A stretch of 64,000 nucleotides of DNA from Candidatus Cloacimonadales bacterium. Its GTDB lineage: Bacteria; Cloacimonadota; Cloacimonadia; Cloacimonadales; JAFGVF01. Under the pieces are notes generated by a model that was not told where the DNA came from, did not search any database, and saw only the letters and a program-made list of their open reading frames with translations. The position numbers were made by a program, and so were the translations under genes. The stretch covers positions 339,211 through 403,210 of the forward strand of contig CAXXJV010000002.1 of the NCBI GenBank assembly GCA_963663475.2. The letters are read 5' to 3'. Positions 40,908 to 50,158 of the stretch are shown here, piece by piece; the first letter of the stretch is position 1, and each line of letters opens with the position of its first letter.

Positions 40908-41400
40908 ATGTCCAATACAACAGTAACGGTTATGGGGAGTATAAGTAAGGAAATATTTGAAAAAATATATTCCGAAATGATGGGAATATATTGAATTTTA
41001 TAAACAAAGTAAAAGAAGAATATGAAAAATTTATAAAACTGGAATTAATGATAGAGACTCCATAAAAAAAATAGCCAACATTGTAGTTCAATATGAAAAT
41101 GATATTAAAAATTCTATTTCTAAAGATAACTTTTTAAGTAAACAAGATGTAATAGATATTAAAGATATTATAGATAGAATAATTTCTTCGTATGGTAATT
41201 CAACAGGTGTTATTAAAGGATTATCAGATGCAGAAAGAAAAAAATTAATTGGAGTCGTTAATCATCAAATTTTAAAAAATAAAACAAATAATTATGCAAA
41301 CTCAAATAAAATACATCAAACTCAAAGAATAAAAATTTCAATAGATGATGTTAATAATAGCATAAAAACAAAAGAATTATTTGCCAATTTATCTTTATAA
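40908..41400 (+). pseudogene. Very AT-rich frameshifted ORF remnant of unknown origin
   Basis: Frame open 41026-41400 without a start codon; upstream coding-like segments lie in other frames. Confidence 0.4.
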
Positions 41401-41404
41401 CTCA

Positions 41405-41530
41405 CTAATCATCTAACTTATCTAACTCTAATAAAAACATTTCATCATCATATTTAATTCCAACAAAATACCAATAAGTTCTTCCCATATCTGCAAGCAT
41501 ACTTTTTATTTTTTCAGTAATTTTATTCAT
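41405..41530 (-). CDS. Small ORF, 41 aa (MNKITEKIKSMLADMGRTYWYFVGIKYDDEMFLLELDKLDD)
   Basis: ATG at 41530, AAAGGTAG RBS-like site, TAG at 41405; directly downstream of the second leader copy. Confidence 0.4.
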   Translation of the reverse strand: MNKITEKIKSMLADMGRTYWYFVGIKYDDEMFLLELDKLDD

Positions 41531-41558
41531 AATATCTACCTTTGATTATTAATCATAG

Positions 41559-41915
41559 TCTACAAAGAAATTCTTTAATATAGTTCGAATTGCTATGAAT
41601 TTTATTGCTGTCTTCTTTAATCCCAAATAATGCAATAGATCTTTGAGAATAGCACTATATTCTTTTGCAAAAGTAACTTCCATTATTTCTCCGAATATAT
41701 AAAATATATGCGTCAAAATTCTGTAAGCTATTTTGCTAAAAGAATTTGCACTCTTCTCTAAAGCTCTATTGCACCATTCGGGTTAATCTTAGCACTCAAA
41801 AATTTTAATTTTTATGTTTCACACTTGCTCACACTATTTGCTGTTCAATTATCGTTTGATGCTTAACACATCGTTCGATTTCCAACTTATAGAAAGCTGT
41901 AATCTTGTCAAGATA
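41559..41915 (-). ncRNA. Decayed second copy of the promoter, leader and one RNA unit of the 56.7-57.8 kb locus, interrupted by a MITE
   Basis: 41559-41620 matches 56738-56799; 41784-41915 matches 57639-57770. Confidence 0.7.
41621..41783. mobile_element. MITE copy 2 (163 bp)
   Basis: TIRs tcccaaataatgcaataga / tctattgcaccattcgggt, flanked by TAA on both sides. Confidence 0.8.
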
Positions 41916-42182
41916 AATATTGTAATATCTATATATGACATTCTATTTGTGCAAAAAGTCAAAGAACAAATGATTGCTAATTTTGAATTGGGGATAAAAG
42001 TTAATAGATTTTGAATAATTACCTGTTGTATTGATTATCGACAAGCTTCTTGGATAACAACATCAATTTTAGTTAAGTGCTAATTCGTGGTTCTTATAGC
42101 TTATAGTTTTACATTACTCAATTCCGTTGTGTAACGTAAAGAGTGGAGAAATAGAATTTGACTAATTTTAAAATTCATTTGT

Positions 42183-43079
42183 TTAATCCTGTTCTTCTAA
42201 AAGCTTTAGAATGTCTTCAATTTCGTAAATCTCTTCTTCTTCACTTTTTTTATCTTTTTTATAATAAACTTCTTCTTGAGGCTTACCATCTTCATGGTAA
42301 TAAATTTCTACACCATTTCTTAAATAAAAAGATAAAAATCCATCATAGTCCATTCTTACTCTGTCGTCATAAGCGAAATTAAACCTATTTTGAACATCGA
42401 CTAAAGTATTATAGTTTTTCCAATGGCTAGAGTTTGTTACAAAATAGCGTGGTAGCATAGTCTCTTCCTTATAGAAGTTTACTGATCTATAAAAGAAGCA
42501 ATTTTCATCATAGAAGCTTGTCCAGTTGCCTCCAAATCCTGTACCAGGTTGAATTACAACAATAATAAAAGGAGCAATGTTATGATAAAGGTAAAGAGCT
42601 TGATAATTATAGACTCCTTCATTACGAATAAATAGGAGAGAAATTCTTTTAGCCCCGTGTTTTTCATCAAAGTAGGCTTTCCTTTCAAAGATAGCCCAAA
42701 TAGCAAAAACTTTATTCTTAGTTAATTTCTTAGTAATACCAGCTAATCTCTCTTTTCTTTCATTAGGATCTTCAAAGTCAGGCTCCACAAAGAGAGTTAA
42801 ATTTTGGGGAAGTAATTCATCTTCGCTAATATATTGTTGATGAATTAAGTTATAGCCTCTTAAGCCTAAAGCAGTTTCCTCCTCTATCTTCTCTTCTGTA
42901 AAACGATAATCTACATAGATAAAGCTATAAACATTTCCGGCTAAATATCTTACAGGATCACCATCAAACCAACTTGAAGGGTAGTAACATGAATCTTTTA
43001 AGATATCTTTTAGATTAAATTGGAAATCATCACCCTTGAGCCATTCTGGGAAGGAAAGTTTTTCAATAGTTTCTAACAT
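42183..43079 (-). CDS. Unknown family X, copy 2, with one MORN-like repeat at the C-terminus
   Basis: YYPSSWFDGDP, SFIYVDY, IQPGTGFGGNW; tail NGVEIYYHEDGKPQEEVYYKKDKK. Confidence 0.8.
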   Translation of the reverse strand: MLETIEKLSFPEWLKGDDFQFNLKDILKDSCYYPSSWFDGDPVRYLAGNVYSFIYVDYRFTEEKIEEETALGLRGYNLIHQQYISEDELLPQNLTLFVEPDFEDPNERKERLAGITKKLTKNKVFAIWAIFERKAYFDEKHGAKRISLLFIRNEGVYNYQALYLYHNIAPFIIVVIQPGTGFGGNWTSFYDENCFFYRSVNFYKEETMLPRYFVTNSSHWKNYNTLVDVQNRFNFAYDDRVRMDYDGFLSFYLRNGVEIYYHEDGKPQEEVYYKKDKKSEEEEIYEIEDILKLLEEQD

Positions 43080-43121
43080 AATTGCTCCTTTTTATTATCA
43101 GTTATAATCCAGTTATTATTG

Positions 43122-45020
43122 TTATCTAATTAATTTTCCCTTTAAAAAGTTCCTTTTAGAAATGAGTTTCCCCTTTTCATCATACTTAGTATATTCACCA
43201 TCTCTCTTATCATGTGTGTAGTTTGCTATTATTTTAATTTCACCATTCGCGTGATACCATTTGCATTCACCATCCTTTCTGTCGAAGTGGTAATTAATTT
43301 CTGACTCTTTTTTGCCATCATAATTGTACAATACCTGCTTCCCTTCTTTTCTGCCACAATCATAATTACCCTGTTCAATAAGGTCTCCAAGAAATGAGTA
43401 TTCTAAATATTCTCCATCCCTGCGACCATACTTATAATTTCCCTTAATTCTTATTGCTGAATCCCAGGAATACTCTAAATATTCACCATGTTTTTCCCCA
43501 TTTTGGTAATGAGCTTTGATTTCTATATTACCATTTTCATAATATCTAAGATAATCACCATCTCTTCTATCACTCTTATAATGAGCCTTTAGCCTTATAT
43601 TTCCATTTTCAAAGTATGTTATATAGTCTCCGTCTCTTTCAAGCTCTTCAATGCAATGTTCAACCTGTAGCTCACCTTTCTCATAGTACTCTACTTTATT
43701 GCTGTCATCTTGGTAAATCTTATAATTTGCTTGAAGTTTCAAGTTACCATTCTTATAATAAGATAGATATTCACCACACTTTCTGTTATTTTCAAAATTA
43801 GCAGTTAAACTTTTAGTCCCATCTTTATAATACTCATTATACTCACCTTTTTTCAGACCATTTTGATAATTAACCTTAAGTCTTACATTGCCATTATAAT
43901 GGTAATCTATCCGTTCACCATTCTTCTTCCCATTTATATAATTTGCCTTACTGGAAACCTCACCATTAGGATAATACCAGGTTAGTTCCCCATTGAGTAA
44001 TCCTACCTGAAAATTAGCTCTATTATGAAGATACCCGTCTTTATGATACTTTAAAGACTCTCCATTTTTCTTGTCATCTTGGTAAAAAGTTATACTACTA
44101 GGTTTGCCATTAGCATAATACTCTTTCCACTCTCCAATCTTTTTACCTGCCTGATACTGAGCTTCAGACATTATATTTCCATTAGAATGATACCAAGTAA
44201 GCTTTCCATCTAATAAACCATTATTATAAGAAGCTATACTACGCAGATTTCCATTGGAATAATATTCCCTAAGCTCGCCTTCTTCATTTCCAGTGGAATA
44301 GTAAGTATAAGCTTCCAGAATACCATTTTTAGTGTATTTAAGATACCAACCCAAAGGATTATCATCTTTGAACTTGGCTTGAACTTTTAAGTTCCCACCT
44401 TGATAATACTCATAATAATCTCCATCTTTCTTATCATCTCGGTAATTACTCCTAAGTTTCAACTCTCCATTTCGGTAATATTCTAAGTAGTTTCCACTTT
44501 TTTTACCTTTTTTATATTGGGCTTCAAATTTTTTGTTTCCATTATCATAATATTGAATCTCTTTACCATGCTTTGTATCATTTCGAAATTGAGTTTTAAG
44601 GCAGGTATTGCCATTATAATAATATTCTATGAACATCCCTTCTAACTTATCACAAATGAAGGACTCTTTGGATTTAATCTTACCTTTTTTATAAAAGCAA
44701 ATACGCTCACCACTTTTCATTCCCCGTTCATAATCCGCTTTACTGCGAAGCTTTCCCTTATCAGAGAAATATAAAAGCTCACCATCTAATAAACCATGTT
44801 TATAACTAGCCCTACTGCGAAGATTCCCATTAGCATAATACTCTTCATTAATCCCTTCCAACCTACCAAATTTATATTTGGACTTGTTCAAGATATTCCC
44901 CTGAGGATAATACTCAAAATACTCCCCGTCTCTTCTACCATGCCTGAAATTAGCTTTAATCCGTATTCTTCCATTGCTATAATATTCAAAATGTTCACCA
45001 TCTTTCTTTCTATCTAACAT
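43122..45020 (-). CDS. MORN-variant repeat protein (YwqK-like)
   Basis: More than 20 repeats of G.Y.EYY.NG.L...A.Y..G. Confidence 0.88.
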   Translation of the reverse strand: MLDRKKDGEHFEYYSNGRIRIKANFRHGRRDGEYFEYYPQGNILNKSKYKFGRLEGINEEYYANGNLRSRASYKHGLLDGELLYFSDKGKLRSKADYERGMKSGERICFYKKGKIKSKESFICDKLEGMFIEYYYNGNTCLKTQFRNDTKHGKEIQYYDNGNKKFEAQYKKGKKSGNYLEYYRNGELKLRSNYRDDKKDGDYYEYYQGGNLKVQAKFKDDNPLGWYLKYTKNGILEAYTYYSTGNEEGELREYYSNGNLRSIASYNNGLLDGKLTWYHSNGNIMSEAQYQAGKKIGEWKEYYANGKPSSITFYQDDKKNGESLKYHKDGYLHNRANFQVGLLNGELTWYYPNGEVSSKANYINGKKNGERIDYHYNGNVRLKVNYQNGLKKGEYNEYYKDGTKSLTANFENNRKCGEYLSYYKNGNLKLQANYKIYQDDSNKVEYYEKGELQVEHCIEELERDGDYITYFENGNIRLKAHYKSDRRDGDYLRYYENGNIEIKAHYQNGEKHGEYLEYSWDSAIRIKGNYKYGRRDGEYLEYSFLGDLIEQGNYDCGRKEGKQVLYNYDGKKESEINYHFDRKDGECKWYHANGEIKIIANYTHDKRDGEYTKYDEKGKLISKRNFLKGKLIR

Positions 45021-45069
45021 AAAATCTCCTTTGAACTAATAAGTTATCTATTATAAACATGTACTTAAA

Positions 45070-45762
45070 TTATGACTTTTGCTGAGAATCTTTAGTGAAG
45101 TTAAGATGATCTTCAGGGATAGCTAGTCCTCCTGAATATCCTAAGTATCCACCATCCGGAAATTCAACATAAATCTCTTTGTTCCTAAGTTTAAAGAAAT
45201 TATCTGCATCCTTAGCAATGGAGCTTGAATTAAAGTGATCTTTCTTATTTCCCTCAGCATTTAGATGATAAGCAAGATGGAAATTTAAAGTTTCTGCTAC
45301 TTCATTTTCTCTTTCAGGAACAAATACAAATGACCTTAAATTAAGTTTTTTACACCAGCTCATTCCTAGTTCCTTCAAAGAATTTAAATCTTCTTGTGAA
45401 GAAGTAGTATCCTGAGGCTTGAAATTATAAACTACATATATTCTTTCTAAAATTAGAGCTGTTCTATCATTTCCACCATAATCCCAATAACCCATAAGTG
45501 GGGTAAACATATAACCACTGGCAAGAACTAACTTTTCAAGATCTTGAGAATTATGTTGCATTCGGCTAATCCAAGCTCGGACACTTCCATAACTTGCCGA
45601 ACTCGGTCTTCCATAAAATGGAGAAATTATTATATATCCTTTTTCTTTATAACCTTTCATCATCAGGCTTAACTCTTTCTCACTTAGTTCATTCATGGCT
45701 TTCATAGTTACTTTTCTTAAATCCAGGCAAAGATTATTATTTTTTACTTCTGCTTTGTCCAT
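45070..45762 (-). CDS. Hypothetical family Y, copy 1
   Basis: KGYIIISPF...SGYMFT...YVVYNFK; paralogue of 49391. Confidence 0.7.
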   Translation of the reverse strand: MDKAEVKNNNLCLDLRKVTMKAMNELSEKELSLMMKGYKEKGYIIISPFYGRPSSASYGSVRAWISRMQHNSQDLEKLVLASGYMFTPLMGYWDYGGNDRTALILERIYVVYNFKPQDTTSSQEDLNSLKELGMSWCKKLNLRSFVFVPERENEVAETLNFHLAYHLNAEGNKKDHFNSSSIAKDADNFFKLRNKEIYVEFPDGGYLGYSGGLAIPEDHLNFTKDSQQKS

Positions 45763-45816
45763 TTTTTCTCCTTTATTTTCTTAAATAATTGTCATTATTT
45801 GGGTTTATCTTTTCTA

Positions 45817-46458
45817 TTAAGCTTTCAAAAGTTCTTTCAAATACTCTTTTTCATCTTCCCAAATCACGCCATTTGCAACTAAAAAAGCTATAAAAGTCTT
45901 TTTAGTAACTCTAGTACCATTCTGTTCTAAAAATTCTTCAAAAGTATTGTCAAAGAAGTCATATAAGTGGCGTTCTATATCAAATTCAATTGCTTTAATT
46001 TCTTTATTTAAAGGTTGAATAAGCTGCCCATATTTCACACTAGTAATCTCACCTGCTTTCATTTGTGCTTTATAACTTGCTCCTTCTTTTTTCAGCTTTT
46101 TTATTTTGCGCATTTCCGGAGATTTAGGGTTTAACTTAGCATCTTTTTCTTTTCTAAAGCGATTCATATAGAGCCTAAGCTTCTGTTCTTGTCCGTCTAT
46201 TCCTGACATAAGATGATACATAGAACTAAGTAAATAATAAGCCTTTCTCTCTCCTCTTTCTCCATCCCAATGGATCACACCTCTAGCTATAACCATAATA
46301 TGCCCAGCACTCTGGGATAAACCGGAAAAAGGAGAAGTGATTGCTACAGTCATTTCATGTCTTTCTCTTCTTATAAATTCACCTTCAACTCTTACATCAT
46401 TAATATACATCACAATCTTCTTACCATCAATCTTATTTCTAGCATCAAGTTCAATCAT
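45817..46458 (-). CDS. Hypothetical protein
   Basis: 213-aa ORF with AAAGGAG RBS inside the operon. Confidence 0.7.
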   Translation of the reverse strand: MIELDARNKIDGKKIVMYINDVRVEGEFIRRERHEMTVAITSPFSGLSQSAGHIMVIARGVIHWDGERGERKAYYLLSSMYHLMSGIDGQEQKLRLYMNRFRKEKDAKLNPKSPEMRKIKKLKKEGASYKAQMKAGEITSVKYGQLIQPLNKEIKAIEFDIERHLYDFFDNTFEEFLEQNGTRVTKKTFIAFLVANGVIWEDEKEYLKELLKA

Positions 46459-46471
46459 TGTAGCTCCTTTG

Positions 46472-47185
46472 CTATGCGGTTAAGTCTAAATCTGCAAATC
46501 GAATTATAGTATCATAACACTCTTTAATATCTTCATAAATAACATACTCATTAACCGAGTGTCGGTTAAAATATCCTATAGAGAGAATGATAGGGGACTT
46601 TTTGTATTTACTAGCTAAAACAGTTACATCAGTAAAATAACCTTGGGTGAGTACTTTATCTGTAAAATTATCTTTAATTAAGCTCATTAACTGAATATCT
46701 GTATTATCATAAACAGCTATATAATGCCTGGCATAACAATCTAAACCTATCAAATAGGATACATTATTACTAATAATACTTTGGTAAGGCATATTACGGG
46801 CACCTACACCACCAATTTCCTCTAAATCAAAAATTGCAAATATAAACTTATCCCAAGCTACAGATCTCATTACTTGGGATATTAAATAACAGCCATTACG
46901 GCAGTCACCACCAATACCCACCATTTGGTCAGCTGAACTTATCTTTGTCCCAAACTCACTCTTTTCAATTTTAAAATCAAAAGGTTGGTCAATAAATACA
47001 GTAACACTATGGGCAGTTATTAAAGGTAGTTTATCAGTTAATATATCTAAGGTCTTAGGTATGTAAAGCTTAAAAAGTTCACCTTCAATAATATCATATT
47101 TAGTCTCAATTTGAGAACCTTCTTCAATTAAACTTATAACATCTTCATGACTCTCAGCTTTGTAAAAATTAAATAAATTTTGCAT
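46472..47185 (-). CDS. M28/M20-like zinc hydrolase, copy 1 (HxD motif changed to HSV)
   Basis: GGDCRNG, LEEIGGVG, TD, IGYFNRHSVNE. Confidence 0.75.
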   Translation of the reverse strand: MQNLFNFYKAESHEDVISLIEEGSQIETKYDIIEGELFKLYIPKTLDILTDKLPLITAHSVTVFIDQPFDFKIEKSEFGTKISSADQMVGIGGDCRNGCYLISQVMRSVAWDKFIFAIFDLEEIGGVGARNMPYQSIISNNVSYLIGLDCYARHYIAVYDNTDIQLMSLIKDNFTDKVLTQGYFTDVTVLASKYKKSPIILSIGYFNRHSVNEYVIYEDIKECYDTIIRFADLDLTA

Positions 47186-47193
47186 ATCTTCTC

Positions 47194-47946
47194 CTAGGCT
47201 TGTTTATGGGTTTTCGCATCTTGAATATCTTTATCTAGGCTCCAAAGAAAGAGCTTTCTATAACCATTTATTCGTTTAACTAAGTTTTTATGTCTCAACC
47301 AGTCATGATAGATAATATTAGTTACAAAGTACTCAGGATAGAAGTCTGCTTCATCCCTGTAGATCACCGACTTATAAAACAGTTTATCATTAGAGTAAAA
47401 GTTAGTATAATTACCACCAAAGCCATGTCCCGGTTGAATAACTGCCATGATAGTAGGAACTATCCCATTTTGGAGATAGAGAGTTTGATAGGTTAAAGCA
47501 CCATCTCCACAGATGAACAATAAGGAAATTCTACTTGGTCCATGAGACTCTGATAAATCAGTATCTCTCTCATAAACAGCCCATTGGGCAAAAGGCTCTT
47601 TCATAAAACTTCTATGAAATTCAAGGGACTTCATCTCTTCTTGATCAGGATAAACCATAATTTTCATACCATTAGGAGCAAGTTGATTCTCTGAAATATC
47701 TTCATGATGCTTTAAATGATATCCTAATAATCCTTTAGACATTTCAGCTTCAAATCCATCTTTACTTACACCATAATCGATATAAACAAAACTATGAACA
47801 TTTCCAGCAAAATACTTCATGGGAGCTCCATCAAAACCACTACAAGGATAGTAGAGAGAGTTTTCAAGAATATTCTCAAGATTAAAAGTTAACTTGTCTG
47901 CCATTAACCAATCGGGGATAGGTCTTGTAATTAATTCCTCTTGCAT
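47194..47946 (-). CDS. Unknown family X, copy 3
   Basis: SLYYPCSGFDGAP, SFVYIDY, IQPGHGFGGNY; likely start MQEEL at 47946 after GAGGAA. Confidence 0.8.
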   Translation of the reverse strand: MQEELITRPIPDWLMADKLTFNLENILENSLYYPCSGFDGAPMKYFAGNVHSFVYIDYGVSKDGFEAEMSKGLLGYHLKHHEDISENQLAPNGMKIMVYPDQEEMKSLEFHRSFMKEPFAQWAVYERDTDLSESHGPSRISLLFICGDGALTYQTLYLQNGIVPTIMAVIQPGHGFGGNYTNFYSNDKLFYKSVIYRDEADFYPEYFVTNIIYHDWLRHKNLVKRINGYRKLFLWSLDKDIQDAKTHKQA

Positions 47947-47968
47947 GCTTTCCTCCTCAATATCTTTT

Positions 47969-49384
47969 TTAAAGTTTGGATAAATCCCAATCAAAATTAT
48001 TATCCTCATTAGAGGCACTATCATCTTCCATAGGAGCATCTACTAAACTGTCCTTACTATTTTCTGCTTCTTCGAGATCATTTAGTAACTTAGTTATCTT
48101 TTCTTCAGTAGTCTTTTCATGACTTGTTTCTTTAGTCTGAGCTTGCAGTTCATGAACTTTTTTCTCAAAACTTACGAATCTCTCATTAACATATTTTTCT
48201 CTGGGTTGGCAAGCTATGAAATTGATAAGTTCCCAAAGAGAACCATCTTCTCTTTCTCTTAAATCTGAAGCAATAATATCATTTCTAGGTAGTTTACCTA
48301 AGTGCTTTTTATTAATTTTATTATGCAAATGGGCTTTTCCTCTTCTAGGGAATCTGATATTCAAGATGCTATCCAATTCTTCTTGGTGGATTAATTCGTC
48401 TGAAAGATTATTATATGTTAGTTTAATCCTCTTAGAATCATAAACTCTCCCATGGGCTTTAGGACCAACGATTCTTAGGTTCCCATAATAATCTTGGTGA
48501 AGTTTATTGTTAGATCTGCCAAAAGCTTCATATCTTTCTTTGTACTCATATTTTTTTCTAGTTAGTTCATCGATTTCATACTTGTACTTTTCTGCTTTTG
48601 CTTCAATTTCCTTAAATACTTGGGAAGTTTGATTTTCTCTGTCTAAGGCCTTCTTTTTTTCTCTAAGCAGATATCTTTCATAGCGAGAAAGTGAAGCTAA
48701 TTTCTTTTCCTCTTCAGTCTTTTGCCTTTCTTCAGCTTCAATCTTTTCTTTTTCTATTTTCATATCAAAGTCATATTCATTTTGATTTTCTTCTAAGATA
48801 TCATTGATTATTATATCCTTTACTTTGAAATCAACTTTAGTTCTGCTGGCAAAATGTCTTAATACTCCTAAGACTGTATCTTTTAGATGATGATATGGAT
48901 TAGTGAAAACATTAACAATCACTCTTTCAACCACTTGAGAGCTTTCAAATATCTTGTCATCAATTACAACTTGAATATCTACTCTGTCTCCAATAGCATC
49001 ACCTAACCTATACCAAATGAAATTAGCTAAATCATAATCAAAAGGATTAGTATAAAAGCTGCTTTGTCTAATCGAAAAATCTACTTCAGCTTCAGGTAAT
49101 TTTAAAATAGAAATTACATATTTTATCTTTATCTCAAGTCTATAATTAGCACGACGATATTTATCCATAACAAAGCTGTATAGTTCATCTTTGTCATCTT
49201 GAGAGATGGGAATAGTAGAAAGTCCCCAAATTGTAATATCTTCACCTAATAGCATAGCATCAATCTCTAATGAGAATTTATTGCCAGGGTTATTTTTTTC
49301 AATTATATCAGTAAACTTATCAATTATGACATCACAGATAAAGTCAGGATGTCCTTCTCCAACCCAGTTTGTATATCTTAGCAT
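47969..49384 (-). CDS. Divergent S-adenosylmethionine-synthetase-like protein with a charged coiled-coil insertion
   Basis: N-terminal VGEGHPDFICD resembles MetK VxEGHPDKxCD; GRSNNKLHQDYYG resembles GLTGRKIIVDTYG. Confidence 0.5.
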   Translation of the reverse strand: MLRYTNWVGEGHPDFICDVIIDKFTDIIEKNNPGNKFSLEIDAMLLGEDITIWGLSTIPISQDDKDELYSFVMDKYRRANYRLEIKIKYVISILKLPEAEVDFSIRQSSFYTNPFDYDLANFIWYRLGDAIGDRVDIQVVIDDKIFESSQVVERVIVNVFTNPYHHLKDTVLGVLRHFASRTKVDFKVKDIIINDILEENQNEYDFDMKIEKEKIEAEERQKTEEEKKLASLSRYERYLLREKKKALDRENQTSQVFKEIEAKAEKYKYEIDELTRKKYEYKERYEAFGRSNNKLHQDYYGNLRIVGPKAHGRVYDSKRIKLTYNNLSDELIHQEELDSILNIRFPRRGKAHLHNKINKKHLGKLPRNDIIASDLREREDGSLWELINFIACQPREKYVNERFVSFEKKVHELQAQTKETSHEKTTEEKITKLLNDLEEAENSKDSLVDAPMEDDSASNEDNNFDWDLSKL

Positions 49385-49390
49385 GTTTTT

Positions 49391-50158
49391 TTATCCTTCA
49401 TGAGTATAGTTGATTTTACCACAATAAGCTTCACCCCTTCTCATGTAGTGGCCTGCAACCCCTCCTGTTTCTTTGAAGAAATATAGGAAGCCATTAAGAT
49501 AGTTTCCAGAGTATGCTGAAGCTAAATTTGCTTCTTGATACTTACTTTGATAGCTTAAAAAATTATCAATATCAGATATAATATTCTCTGAAGTAATAAT
49601 ATCCCTGTATTTCCCATCACTGCCTACTATATAGGCACAAGAAAAAGCCTGATCTTGGAAAACTGAATCTTCTTCTCTAGGGACATAGAGGAAGATAGAC
49701 TGCTGATTCTTAGCACATATTTTTTTACCAAAATCTAAAAATTCATCAAGAGGTTGATTTTTTGAAGCGAACTTATAATTAAAGATAATATAATTTATTT
49801 GTTTTACAGGTGGATTTGTTGGTGTTAGAGGACCATAAGAATATTCTGCTAAAACTTGAGTGTAATAATAGCCTGACTGTTTAAGAAATTTTTGCATTTC
49901 ACTTGTTCTTTTAGCCATATCATCTAACCACTCTGACTTATCGTTATATTTACTAGTATCTTGAGCTTGGAAAAGAGAAACAATAATATAACCCTTTGGA
50001 TAGAAAAAATCAAAATAATCTTTATCACTTAAGGAGTTAATGTTTAGTTTTGCAATTCTAGCATTAGTGAAGCCAAAATAATCATTATTATTAATTCTAT
50101 TCATGTAATTAGGGCTTTCTGGGAGGCTGGCTTTTTGTAGATTAGTACTATTTATCAC
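49391..50158 (-). CDS. Hypothetical family Y, copy 2
   Basis: KGYIIVSLF...SGYYYT...YIIFNYK; GTG start after AAGGAG. Confidence 0.7.
   Translation of the reverse strand: MINSTNLQKASLPESPNYMNRINNNDYFGFTNARIAKLNINSLSDKDYFDFFYPKGYIIVSLFQAQDTSKYNDKSEWLDDMAKRTSEMQKFLKQSGYYYTQVLAEYSYGPLTPTNPPVKQINYIIFNYKFASKNQPLDEFLDFGKKICAKNQQSIFLYVPREEDSVFQDQAFSCAYIVGSDGKYRDIITSENIISDIDNFLSYQSKYQEANLASAYSGNYLNGFLYFFKETGGVAGHYMRRGEAYCGKINYTHEG

Noticed and set aside
41814-42014. 66-aa plus-strand ORF
   Set aside because: It overlaps the conserved minus-strand promoter/leader, and the homologous region at 57.7 kb does not keep the frame open.
47969-49384. Assigning the gene symbol metK
   Set aside because: The catalytic Lys and the GAGDQG signature are missing; similarity is only partial.
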